A DNA stretch of 48,759 bases, taken from Bacteroidaceae bacterium (GTDB taxonomy: Bacteria; Bacteroidota; Bacteroidia; Bacteroidales; Bacteroidaceae). Location of the stretch: assembly GCA_017396545.1 (NCBI GenBank), contig JAFQLT010000134.1, positions 1 through 48,759 of the forward strand. The letters run 5' to 3'. Below the pieces are notes generated by a model. That model saw only the letters and a list, made by a program, of their open reading frames with translations. It searched no databases and had not been told where the DNA came from. This document shows positions 27,703 through 36,151 of this stretch, in pieces. A program made the position numbers and the translations under genes. Position 1 is the first letter of the stretch. The number at the start of each line of letters is the position of its first letter.

Positions 27703-28317
27703 CTAAAACCAACCGTCTTCTACGATTGAGGGCTCGCTCAAGGTTTCCCTTTCTGTCTTGTCGCCTCCTCCAATGATGAGTGTTAGTTCGGCTCCTTCGG
27801 GTATAAGCTCTTCGCCTTTTAGCTCGCGGCCGTTGTAGCGTATGCCGTATACCCAATCGAGTTCACCCGGAATGGTATCGTTGGGGGTCAGTTTGAAACC
27901 AGCAGCCCGTAGGCGTGACTCGGCTTGGCGCAACGAACTGTTGTCGGCAATGTCTGGGACGGTAATCATGGGATGGTTGCCCGAACTCACGGTGAGGTAT
28001 ACTTTGCGACCACGCTTTACCTTTGCATGGGCTATAGGGCGCTGAGAGGTTATTTCTCCAGCCGGTACTCCTTTGATGAATATGTGATCGCTAGCTACGC
28101 CTATCAGATGGTGCTCAGCGAGCTTGTTGATGGCGTCCTTTTCTTGCATACCTGTGATGTCGGGAACCGTGATGGCTACACCGTGTTCGGTATAGCTGTC
28201 AATCCAGTGGAATGTGATAAATATGGCTGCTATCACTACGGTTGTCATGGCGGCCAGATTGGTGATGATGAAGCGAAGTGTATGCTTCTTTTCTGGTTTG
28301 TTGTAGGTTTTGCTCAT
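27703..28317 (-). CDS. Membrane-anchored PASTA-domain protein (204 aa)
   Basis: One transmembrane helix (FIITNLAAMTTVVIAAIFITF) followed by two PASTA-like repeats (VPDITGMQEKDAINKL..., VPDIADNSSLRQAESRL...). The start is placed at ATG 28317. Confidence 0.8.
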   Translation of the reverse strand: MSKTYNKPEKKHTLRFIITNLAAMTTVVIAAIFITFHWIDSYTEHGVAITVPDITGMQEKDAINKLAEHHLIGVASDHIFIKGVPAGEITSQRPIAHAKVKRGRKVYLTVSSGNHPMITVPDIADNSSLRQAESRLRAAGFKLTPNDTIPGELDWVYGIRYNGRELKGEELIPEGAELTLIIGGGDKTERETLSEPSIVEDGWF

Positions 28318-28347
28318 AGCTGTTCCCTTAAACGATAAAGTGCACTG

Positions 28348-28355
28348 CAAAAATA
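28348..28355 (-). promoter_or_regulatory. Candidate -7 box (TATTTTTG on the minus strand) upstream of the PASTA gene
   Basis: The reverse complement of CAAAAATA matches TAnnTTTG, about 31 nt upstream of ATG 28317. Confidence 0.4.
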
Positions 28356-28426
28356 ACTATAATATCCTGCATGGACAACGGTTTAACTAAGAAAATCGGG
28401 TGATTCATAGGATATATCCTATTTTG

Positions 28427-29149
28427 TCATGCATGTTTGAGGAATTCACGTAGATGGGGGTTGCTGGCCTGGTTTATATTGTGACTTGTGCCAGTCCATT
28501 CGGCACGTCCCTCATGGATGAAAAGGATTTGTTCGCCTATGCCTCGTACTGATCCCATGTCGTGTGTGTTGACGATAGTGGTGATGCTGTACTCATGTGT
28601 GATATCGCTGATGAGGCGGTCAATGATGCGTGACGATATGGGGTCGAGACCAGAGTTAGGCTCGTCACAAAAAAGGTATCGTGGTTCTAAAGCTATAGCT
28701 CGGGCTATAGCTACACGTTTCTGCATGCCTCCGCTGAGTTCAGATGGCATCTTGCTTTCTGCATCGCTGAGTCCTACGCGGTCAAGGCAGAAACGGGCGC
28801 GTTGCAGTTGCTCCTGATAGGTCTTTGATGAAAACATTTCGAGTGGAAAAAGAACGTTATGGAGCACATCCATGGAGTCGAACAGGGCGGCTCCTTGAAA
28901 AAGCATGCCTATCTCTTGACGCAGAAATGTAGTTTCACGCTTAGTAAGGTGGTGTATGTCTCGCCCATCGAAAAGTACCTCTCCTCGCTCGGGGGTGAGC
29001 AGCCCTACAATACATCGCAGCAGTACGGTTTTCCCAGAGCCGCTGCGGCCGATGACAAGATTGGTCTTTCCTGCATCGAACGTAGCGCTGATACCATGAA
29101 GTATCTCTTGATGCTCGAAATTTTTGTGTATGTCGGTAATGGTAATCAT
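28427..29149 (-). CDS. mlaF: ABC transporter ATP-binding protein, MlaF-like
   Basis: Walker A GRSGSGKT, signature LSGGMQKR and Walker B LFCDEP. It overlaps the upstream permease gene by 4 nt. Confidence 0.85.
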   Translation of the reverse strand: MITITDIHKNFEHQEILHGISATFDAGKTNLVIGRSGSGKTVLLRCIVGLLTPERGEVLFDGRDIHHLTKRETTFLRQEIGMLFQGAALFDSMDVLHNVLFPLEMFSSKTYQEQLQRARFCLDRVGLSDAESKMPSELSGGMQKRVAIARAIALEPRYLFCDEPNSGLDPISSRIIDRLISDITHEYSITTIVNTHDMGSVRGIGEQILFIHEGRAEWTGTSHNINQASNPHLREFLKHA

Positions 29150-29892
29150 GCCATCAGCAGATTCGTTAGTAATAGGTCTGTAAACAATATCAGTACGCTA
29201 CTTACTACTACCGAGTTGGTTCCGGCTTTGCCTACCTCAATGCTCCCTCCCCGTACGGTGTAGCCAAAATAACAGCTCACACTAGCAATGATGAATGCGA
29301 ACACAAGCGATTTGATATATCCCGACCATAAGTGCCAGCTCTCGAAACTGTGCTGTAACCCATAGGTGAGATCTGACAATGAGAGGAAACCACCGAACCA
29401 ACACGTCACGTAGGCTCCGATAAATCCTGAAGCGATGCTGAACGTGACGAGTAGGGGAATGGCACTGGTCATGGCCAATATTTTGGGTAGCATAATGTGG
29501 TTAGCAGAATTGACCCCCATGACATCAAGTGCATCTATTTGCTGGGTGACACGCATGGTGCCTATTTCTGAAGCAATGTTTGAACCAACCTTGCCCGCCA
29601 GTATAATGCAGATGATACTCGATGCAAACTCAAGCAAGATGACCTCGCGCATGGCATAGCCGATGGTAAAGCGAGGCATCCAAGGTGACCAAATGTTGAT
29701 TTTAATTTGGACGCACAATAATGCACCGATAAAGAATGACATCAGGATGACGATGAATAACGAGTTGTAGCCTAACTGGTAGAATTCGTGCACATACTGT
29801 CTCCAAAATACGCTGCCTCGTTGTGGGCGCGTAAATGTTTGGCGCATTAGTATTAAGTAGCTGCCTATGGTATGTAGCAGTTTACATAACAT
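29146..29892 (-). CDS. mlaE: MlaE-family ABC permease
   Basis: Polytopic 248-aa protein with the typical MlaE segment (QIDALDVMGVNS...). Confidence 0.85.
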   Translation of the reverse strand: MLCKLLHTIGSYLILMRQTFTRPQRGSVFWRQYVHEFYQLGYNSLFIVILMSFFIGALLCVQIKINIWSPWMPRFTIGYAMREVILLEFASSIICIILAGKVGSNIASEIGTMRVTQQIDALDVMGVNSANHIMLPKILAMTSAIPLLVTFSIASGFIGAYVTCWFGGFLSLSDLTYGLQHSFESWHLWSGYIKSLVFAFIIASVSCYFGYTVRGGSIEVGKAGTNSVVVSSVLILFTDLLLTNLLMA

Positions 29893-29904
29893 GGGTCAGG
29901 GGGC

Positions 29905-31203
29905 TTAGTCCAGTTCCTGGTCGGCTTCATAGCCTCCAAGTTCGCGCACCTTGTTCTTTAGCATGACAAATTGCTTGAAGAGGTCGTGCACGGGTTTCTC
30001 GTCATCCTTGTGCATGGGTGCCTTGCAGTAGAACGATAACCAGTCCTGTATGCCTGAGAGCCCGGCGCGTAGGGCTACATCGGCGAAGAGCACGAGATCC
30101 AGTGCTAAGGGAGCGGCGAGGATGGAGTCGCGGCAGAGGAAGTTGACCTTTATGGTCATGGGGTAGCCCATCCATCCGAAGAGGTCAATGTTGTCCCATG
30201 CCTCCTTCTCATCGCCACGGGGCGGATAGTAGTTGATGCGCACCTTGTGGTAGATGTCGCTATAGAGTTCGGGGTAGATGTCTGCATCAAGGATATTTTC
30301 CACGGCGCTCATCTTGCTGCGGCGCTTGGTTTCGAAGTTCTCGGGGTTGTCGAGCACGATACCATCACGATTGCCGAGGATGTTGGTCGAGAACCACCCG
30401 TTTACCCCCAATTGTCGAGTGAAGAAGGCGGGTGCAAGCACCGTTTTCATCATTGTTTGTCCGCTCTTGAAGTCCTTCCCTGCAATGGGCACCTTACACT
30501 CCTCGGCCAGTTGCCACATGGCGGGTATGTCAACGCAGAGGTTCGGAGCGCCCATGACGAAGGGGCATCCCTCGCGCATGGCGGCATAGGCGTAGCACAT
30601 CGAGGGGGCTATTACGCTGGTGTCGCCACGCTCCAATGCTGCTTCGAATCCGGTGAGTGTGTCATGTGCCTCGGTGTTGCGTGCTACGTATTTCTCTGTG
30701 CTGGCTATCCAGATCACAACCACGCGGTCGCAGTGGTTTTCGGCCTTGAATCGCCGTATGTCTTCGCGCAGAGCTTCGGTGCGTTCTTTCAGCGTGCCGC
30801 TCTTGACGTTGGGACCGTCAATGTTGGTAGCGTACGCTTTCTCGTATAGTGCCGTGTAAGGCTTAATGGCGTGGAGCTCGTCAGCCACGGGGTCGATGTC
30901 ACGTTGTTTTAGTACATCTGCTTTGATGGCGGCCTCGTAGGCATCGTCTTCGTAGATGTCCCATGCGCCGAACACCATATCGTCGAGATGTGCTACGGGG
31001 ATGATGTCTTTCACCTCTTTGTATACCTTGTCGCTGCCGGTGCCCAAACGCATGATACCATTGCACGCAAAGGAACCTATAGGACGGGAAAGCCCCTTGC
31101 GGGCCATGAGGGTTCCGATAATGGTGGTCGTGGTTACTGCACCAAGACCCACACACATCACACCAAGTCTTCCGGTTGCCGGCTCTACTTTCGTCTTGCT
31201 CAT
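29905..31203 (-). CDS. ino1: myo-Inositol-3-phosphate synthase
   Basis: 432 aa. The N-terminal Rossmann segment is GVMCVGLGAVTTT. The overall pattern fits the bacterial/archaeal MIPS family. Its stop lies 12 nt upstream of the mlaE start. Confidence 0.85.
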   Translation of the reverse strand: MSKTKVEPATGRLGVMCVGLGAVTTTTIIGTLMARKGLSRPIGSFACNGIMRLGTGSDKVYKEVKDIIPVAHLDDMVFGAWDIYEDDAYEAAIKADVLKQRDIDPVADELHAIKPYTALYEKAYATNIDGPNVKSGTLKERTEALREDIRRFKAENHCDRVVVIWIASTEKYVARNTEAHDTLTGFEAALERGDTSVIAPSMCYAYAAMREGCPFVMGAPNLCVDIPAMWQLAEECKVPIAGKDFKSGQTMMKTVLAPAFFTRQLGVNGWFSTNILGNRDGIVLDNPENFETKRRSKMSAVENILDADIYPELYSDIYHKVRINYYPPRGDEKEAWDNIDLFGWMGYPMTIKVNFLCRDSILAAPLALDLVLFADVALRAGLSGIQDWLSFYCKAPMHKDDEKPVHDLFKQFVMLKNKVRELGGYEADQELD

Positions 31204-31287
31204 TTCGGATGTACTAATGATTGTTTTTATTATGGTGCAAAGTAACGGCTTTTTTCTAACATGGAGTAATTTTTGCCGATTTTTTTC

Positions 31288-32646
31288 TTAAATTAAGCAC
31301 TCCTTCACAATTTCCGCCACTGTGGGGTGAGGGAAAACCACCCGTTCCAGTTCGCCGGCAGTCATACCTCGTTCTATGGCGATGCATGCGCTGCTGATAA
31401 TCTCACTACAGGGGTTTCCTATCATGTGTACGCCCAATACGCGATCTGATGCTTTGTCGGTGATAACCTTGCATAGTCCTTCGCCACCCTCGTTCTCGGC
31501 CACGAAGCGTCCCGAGTAGGCCATAGGTAGCTTGCGACATTCGTATTCGATGCCCTGTTGCTGTGCCTGAGCCTCGGTGAGGCCTGTGCCAGCCACTTCT
31601 GGGTTGGTGTATACGATACCGGGGATGGCATCGTAGCGCATGGTATCCTCGATGCCACAGATGGTATTGATGGCTACTTCGGCTTCACGGCTTGCCGTGT
31701 GGGCGAGCAGGGAGTATCCAGTGATATCGCCGGCGGCATATACTCCCTCGGCATTGGTGCGCATCTGGCTATCTACCTTCACGCCTCCGCGCTCAAGTTC
31801 TATGTCCAGTGTCTCCAACCCAAGACCTCGGGTGATGGGGCGACGTCCTACGCTGAGCAGTATCTTGTCGCCCTCGATGGTGTATTCGGCTCCTTCAACA
31901 TCGGTGAAGGTCACGCTATGCCTCTCTATATGGGTTACCTTGCAGGAGAGATGAAAGTGTATGCCCTTCTTTGTGTATTGTGAGCGTAGCATGGCGCTGA
32001 TCTCATGATCCATGACGCCCAATATCTCGGGCATCATCTCCACTACGTGTACTTCGGCTCCGATGCTGTTGTACAGTGAGGCAAACTCCATGCCTATGAC
32101 TCCGCCTCCAATGATGACGAGACTAGTGGGTGCCTCCTTTAGGGCAAGCAGCTCACGGTTGGTGACGATAGCCTCGTTTGTCGCCATGTCAAGTCCGGGT
32201 ATGGGCGGAACAAATGTCTCTGATCCTGTACAGAGGAGTAGGTTCTTGGCCTCGTAGGTCTCACCATTGGCGATGATGCATATAGCGCCACAGTCGGTAC
32301 GTCCGCTGATGGTGGCTTCAGCCTTCACCACCTCTACGCCCGCATTCTTCATCCTTAGTCCTATGCCGGCCACGAGTTTGCGCATCACCTTCGTTTTGCG
32401 GTCGGTCATCTTCTTGTAGTCGAGTGTGGCCTCCTCTACGCGGACACCATACTTCTCGCTCTTTCGGGCGTAGTCGTACAGCTTGGCGCTGTAGAGCAAT
32501 GTCTTGGTCGGTATGCACCCTTCGTTGAGGCATACGCCCCCCAGGTCTTTCTTCTCAAACAAAATTGTCTTCAAGCCTTTCTTGCCGGCTTTCTCTGCGG
32601 CTACGTATCCACCCGGACCTCCGCCAATGATTGCAATGTCGTACAT
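31288..32646 (-). CDS. lpdA: Dihydrolipoyl dehydrogenase
   Basis: FAD motif IIGGGPGGY, redox-active disulfide GGVCLNEGCIPTK, an NAD motif GGGVIGMEF, and a C-terminal dimerisation HPT motif. Confidence 0.9.
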   Translation of the reverse strand: MYDIAIIGGGPGGYVAAEKAGKKGLKTILFEKKDLGGVCLNEGCIPTKTLLYSAKLYDYARKSEKYGVRVEEATLDYKKMTDRKTKVMRKLVAGIGLRMKNAGVEVVKAEATISGRTDCGAICIIANGETYEAKNLLLCTGSETFVPPIPGLDMATNEAIVTNRELLALKEAPTSLVIIGGGVIGMEFASLYNSIGAEVHVVEMMPEILGVMDHEISAMLRSQYTKKGIHFHLSCKVTHIERHSVTFTDVEGAEYTIEGDKILLSVGRRPITRGLGLETLDIELERGGVKVDSQMRTNAEGVYAAGDITGYSLLAHTASREAEVAINTICGIEDTMRYDAIPGIVYTNPEVAGTGLTEAQAQQQGIEYECRKLPMAYSGRFVAENEGGEGLCKVITDKASDRVLGVHMIGNPCSEIISSACIAIERGMTAGELERVVFPHPTVAEIVKECLI

Positions 32647-32772
32647 GGTATATTGTTTTGAGTTTAGAGTGCAGAGTTTTCAGCTAATTGTTTTCTCCCG
32701 ACAAATATACATAAAACTATTGAGAGATGTTATCAAAAATCTATTGAATTTGGAAGCATATGGAGAATTTTT

Positions 32773-32780
32773 TACATTTG
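32773..32780 (+). promoter_or_regulatory. Candidate -7 box TACATTTG
   Basis: Exact TAnnTTTG match about 35 nt upstream of ATG 32815. Confidence 0.4.
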
Positions 32781-32814
32781 CACTGTAATTGTAGATGGTC
32801 AATCGATCTTTACT

Positions 32815-33723
32815 ATGAAAAGACTCCCATTCGCCCGATATGTCTGCTGTTTACTTTTAGTGCTGTTCCCCTTGATGGCTCGTGCTACGGGGCAGATTGC
32901 GGATGATGTCGTAATAGATGGTGAGGTGTGGCGGCTCTTGGCCTCTCCATTGAGTGACAACGATTCTATATGTAATCGGATTGACAAAATTCTCCCCAAA
33001 GAAAAGAATTGGAGTACTGGCAATTGGGATGGTTTCGTTGGTTCTTGGGAGGTTGTGGATAGTTGCCTCTATCTGAAGGAGGTGATTGTGGCTATGTGGG
33101 ACGAGCATAAGAGAGAATCCTATGAATTGGTGTTCGATGCCGATACCTTGAAGACTGTGTTGAAGGAGTACCACACCGAGCACGGCATCCTCGCAGGATG
33201 GTTCAGCCGTGAAAAACTGATTATCGGCAGGGGCGAACTCGTTACCTATGTTCATGGCGGATACCTCCGAAACCACGAGGAGGAGTTGGTGACAACCATC
33301 AAAAATGGTAGGATTATCCACCAGGAGCATTGGCGCAACAGGAAGGTGATGGAGGGATGGAGCCTTAGCGAAGCGGGCCTTTCAAAAACGTGTATTGAAA
33401 TCATCAACCAGTTTCCATTTGACCTGTTCCCCGAACTCGACACGGTGCGCGTCATAGTACATGTAAGAAACGTCTCACTGACGCCCGATGGCCATTTTGA
33501 AGATTGCGACATTTTTTTTACTTGGATGAACACCAAACAGAGAGAAGAAGATCCCAACCACCCCATTATCGTTGCGTTGAAGGAGACAATGCGCAAGATG
33601 TACCCTTGGGAAGTAGTCTGCCTCCATGGCAAGTATACTGTCTGTGCTCCTACAGGAGGACGGGGAGTCGCGTTTACTCTCCTTTTGGACAAGAAGAGGC
33701 GACAGAAAGCGCAGGAGGGGTAG
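32815..33723 (+). CDS. Secreted hypothetical protein (302 aa), no recognised family
   Basis: Signal-like N-terminus MKRLPFARYVCCLLLVLFPLMARATG. The ORF is clean and has its own promoter box. Confidence 0.65.
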   Translation: MKRLPFARYVCCLLLVLFPLMARATGQIADDVVIDGEVWRLLASPLSDNDSICNRIDKILPKEKNWSTGNWDGFVGSWEVVDSCLYLKEVIVAMWDEHKRESYELVFDADTLKTVLKEYHTEHGILAGWFSREKLIIGRGELVTYVHGGYLRNHEEELVTTIKNGRIIHQEHWRNRKVMEGWSLSEAGLSKTCIEIINQFPFDLFPELDTVRVIVHVRNVSLTPDGHFEDCDIFFTWMNTKQREEDPNHPIIVALKETMRKMYPWEVVCLHGKYTVCAPTGGRGVAFTLLLDKKRRQKAQEG

Positions 33724-33755
33724 TAGGGTTGGAGGCGAGCGCTCTATCGGATGGA

Positions 33756-33825
33756 CGTACTTTGCCGTAAGTACTCGAGTACCTGCACACAAGTACCGTA
33801 TACTTAGCTGTAAGTACCGACTTAG
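33756..33825. repeat. Cluster of AAGTAC/GTACTT words around GTAC cores
   Basis: The words are CGTACTTTG, CGTAAGTACTCGAGTACC, CAAGTACCGTATACTTAG and CTGTAAGTACCGACTTAG. They are followed by a GCGTCATCCTG fragment of the GTCATCC family. Confidence 0.45.
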
Positions 33826-33952
33826 CCTGCGTCATCCTGTAATAAGCAGACAAAGCATCTGCACGTCCGTGCCGAGAGGTTTACGATAGAGATTGACTTT
33901 TTTATAATAAAACAATAGCGACAACTGATTACTATCAACTGTCGCTATTTTG

Positions 33953-34025
33953 TCGGAAAGAGGCGACTCGAACGCCCGACCCCTACGTCCCGAACGTAGT
34001 GCGCTACCAACTGCGCTACTTTCCG
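33953..34025 (-). tRNA. tRNA-Pro (anticodon CGG)
   Basis: Hand-folded cloverleaf. Acceptor CGGAAAG/CTTTCCG, D-arm GCGC-AGTTGGTA-GCGC, anticodon arm CTACG-TTCGGGA-CGTAG, T-arm GGGCG-TTCGAGT-CGCCT. No CCA is encoded. Confidence 0.9.
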
Positions 34026-34076
34026 ATAGTGGCAGAGGAATCCTCTGCCTTTATGTAACCGTATGGTATACGGATA

Positions 34077-34268
34077 TTACTCTTCGTTCTGACGCAAGCT
34101 CTGAACGTAGATGGCGCGCTCCATCTTGAGGCGCTTGATTTCAGAAGGCTTGTTGAACTGCTGACGACGACGGAGTTCTTTTACTACGCCGGTCTTCTCA
34201 AATTTTCTCTTGAATTTCTTGAGGGCTCTTTCGATGTTCTCGCCCTCTTTTACGGGTACTACAATCAT
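34077..34268 (-). CDS. rpsU: 30S ribosomal protein S21
   Basis: 63 aa, MIVVPVKEGENIERALKKFKRKFEKTGV... This is the canonical bS21 sequence pattern. Confidence 0.95.
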   Translation of the reverse strand: MIVVPVKEGENIERALKKFKRKFEKTGVVKELRRRQQFNKPSEIKRLKMERAIYVQSLRQNEE

Positions 34269-34401
34269 TTTGCTTTATTTAATAATTATTATTCTATTCT
34301 TTTATATAAAATAGGCTGTGCGCGGTTGCGTACAATGTGCCTTGTTATGTCAGTTTTCTTTTTTAGTGGTCTTTAGCCTCCTTTGTCTTCATTTTGGGCT
34401 G

Positions 34402-34409
34402 CAAAGATA
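34402..34409 (-). promoter_or_regulatory. Candidate -7 box (TATCTTTG on the minus strand) for rpsU
   Basis: The reverse complement of CAAAGATA matches TAnnTTTG. It implies a 5' leader of about 130 nt. Confidence 0.45.
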
Positions 34410-34554
34410 ATGTAAACCAAACAAAGTACCAAATTTTAATAGGTGAATGTGGATAAAACAGCTTTTTTTAAGGCTAAACGTGTGAAACCTCGGTGAAATT
34501 AAGTTTGTTCGTTAAAAAAAATGATTAAAGATGGTAGAATGAAAAAATATCAGT

Positions 34555-34562
34555 TATCTTTG
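34555..34562 (+). promoter_or_regulatory. Candidate -7 box TATCTTTG for the small OMP gene
   Basis: Exact TAnnTTTG match 30 nt upstream of ATG 34592. Confidence 0.45.
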
Positions 34563-34591
34563 TGCCGAAATTATTAAATAGTTATACAATT

Positions 34592-35029
34592 ATGAAAAAG
34601 TTCTTGGTAATGGTAACCTTGTTGGTTGCTACTTTGACAGTTAGTGCTCAGGAGTACAACTGGGCTGTGGGTTTACGCGGTGGTGGCTTCAGCGGCTTGA
34701 CCGCTAAGCAGAATATGGGTGCAAATGCCATCGAAGCAGGTCTGTCGCTCTACAGTGGCGGTTTCGCCATTGATGGAGTTTACGAGTGGCAGGAACCCGT
34801 TATCGGTGATGGCTTCCATATCTATTATGGTGCTGGTGCATATGCTCAAATTGCAGGTAGCTTCTTCGGTTTGGGTCTTGAGGGTGTCCTCGGTCTTGAG
34901 TACCGTCTTCCCATCAACTTCCCCTTGGCCATTTCGCTTGACTATCGTCCCGGCATCAACGTTCTTGGCGATGCAGGTGTTCACTTCTGGGGTGGCAACT
35001 TCGGCCTTGGCGTCAAGTACTGTTTCTAA
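34592..35029 (+). CDS. Small outer-membrane beta-barrel protein (145 aa)
   Basis: Signal peptide MKKFLVMVTLLVATLTVSAQ, alternating glycine/aromatic beta-strand pattern, and a C-terminal ...GVKYCF (terminal Phe). Confidence 0.75.
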   Translation: MKKFLVMVTLLVATLTVSAQEYNWAVGLRGGGFSGLTAKQNMGANAIEAGLSLYSGGFAIDGVYEWQEPVIGDGFHIYYGAGAYAQIAGSFFGLGLEGVLGLEYRLPINFPLAISLDYRPGINVLGDAGVHFWGGNFGLGVKYCF

Positions 35030-35046
35030 ACAGTGTAATTATGCAA

Positions 35047-35078
35047 GAGAGGGGAGATGCGGTTGCGTCTCCCCTCTC
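35047..35078 (+). terminator. 14-bp hairpin after the OMP gene
   Basis: GAGAGGGGAGATGC-ggtt-GCGTCTCCCCTCTC. The tail is only weakly U-rich. Confidence 0.55.
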
Positions 35079-35309
35079 CTTATATATAATATAAAGGTGT
35101 AACTATATATAAAGGTATAGCCTGGAGGAGAAGTCCTCGCCATCCTGTCGCAACTCGGAAAAGATGGGAGCTGTGAATCGCAAAAAACAAGTGGGTGGGG
35201 CAATGTGTTCTTGTTGTAACTCGTGCCGGGGAGCAGTGGTTTGGATGGAAAACGTTGTGCCATGAGAAAGTTTTATATAAAAATACGTGGTAAAATGAAT
35301 AAAATGTTG

Positions 35310-35317
35310 TACCTTTG
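35310..35317 (+). promoter_or_regulatory. Candidate -7 box TACCTTTG for yceD-rpmF
   Basis: Exact TAnnTTTG match about 52 nt upstream of ATG 35369. Confidence 0.45.
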
Positions 35318-35368
35318 TCGCCCGATTGGCTACATCCACTCGGATGCGACCAAAAAAATGGAAAGAAA

Positions 35369-35935
35369 ATGGGTAAGTTTGACAGTTATAAGATAGACCT
35401 GCGAGGGATGAAAGAGGTGGATGCCTCTTACGACTTGAGTGTCGATAACGAGTTCTTTGCCCATATTGACGGCCCCGAGGTGCAGAAGGGCAAGGTGCAG
35501 GTGGCGCTCGACGTACACCGCAGTGTCGATACCTACGAGATGAATTTCGTGCTCGACGGTGTGGTAGTGGTTAGTTGCGACCGTTGTCTCGACGAGATGG
35601 ACCTTGACATACACACTACGGGCAAGTTGCAGGTAAAGCTGGGTGCCGACTATGGTGAGCAGGGCGATGTGGTGATTATCCCCGAGGCTGAGGGAGTCAT
35701 CAATGTGGCTTGGTACATCTACGAGTTCGTGGCGCTGGCAATCCCGATGAAGCACGTACATGCTCCAGGCAAATGCAACAAAGAGATGTCCGGCAAGCTG
35801 AGCAAGCATTTGCTGCGCTCGACCGATGATGAAGACTTCGGCGGAGAGGCAATCACGTTCGGCAATGAGACGGACGAAGCGGAAACCCCAGTGGATCCGC
35901 GTTGGGAAGGTTTAAAGAAAATAATTAATAATTAA
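35369..35935 (+). CDS. YceD/DUF177 family protein (188 aa)
   Basis: It holds the conserved position directly upstream of rpmF and carries the C-x2-C motif (SCDRCLDEM). The start is placed at ATG 35369 (MGKFDSYKIDL). Confidence 0.85.
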   Translation: MGKFDSYKIDLRGMKEVDASYDLSVDNEFFAHIDGPEVQKGKVQVALDVHRSVDTYEMNFVLDGVVVVSCDRCLDEMDLDIHTTGKLQVKLGADYGEQGDVVIIPEAEGVINVAWYIYEFVALAIPMKHVHAPGKCNKEMSGKLSKHLLRSTDDEDFGGEAITFGNETDEAETPVDPRWEGLKKIINN

Positions 35936-35946
35936 AACTAACAGAA

Positions 35947-36132
35947 ATGGCACATCCTAAAAGAAGACAATCGAAGACCAGAACTGCCAAGAGAAGAACT
36001 CACGACAAGGCAGTAGCTCCTACATTGGCCATCTGCCCCAACTGTGGCGAGTGGCATGTATTCCACACTGTATGCGGCGCTTGCGGCTACTATCGTGGAA
36101 AGTTGGCTATCGAGAAAGAGGCTGCAGTATAA
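35947..36132 (+). CDS. rpmF: 50S ribosomal protein L32
   Basis: MAHPKRRQSKTRTAKRRTHDK..CPNCGEWHVFHTVCGACGYY. This is canonical bL32 with a zinc ribbon. Confidence 0.95.
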   Translation: MAHPKRRQSKTRTAKRRTHDKAVAPTLAICPNCGEWHVFHTVCGACGYYRGKLAIEKEAAV

Positions 36133-36151
36133 TCTGCGGCACGTTCGATTT

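Noticed and set aside
33953-34025. tRNA-Pro and tRNA-Phe (40881..40953) as integration sites of genomic islands carrying the orphan protein or the sialidase.
   Set aside because: There is no integrase and no direct repeat of the tRNA 3' end in the flanks. The sialidase lies on the 5' side of tRNA-Phe and has backbone-like GC-rich composition.
34269-34401. Search for a strong Shine-Dalgarno or autoregulatory leader upstream of rpsU, as described for bS21 in Flavobacteria.
   Set aside because: The sequence directly upstream of the rpsU ATG (…AAATAAAGCAAA-ATG) contains no GGAGG-like element. Only a leader of about 130 nt with no obvious structure was seen.
35118-35140. GGAGGAGAAGTCC resembling the RNase P RNA CR-I motif (GAGGAAAGUCC).
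   Set aside because: The other universally conserved RNase P blocks, for example the ACAGAA..GGCUUA region, are absent. The available spacer is too short and lacks the expected helices.
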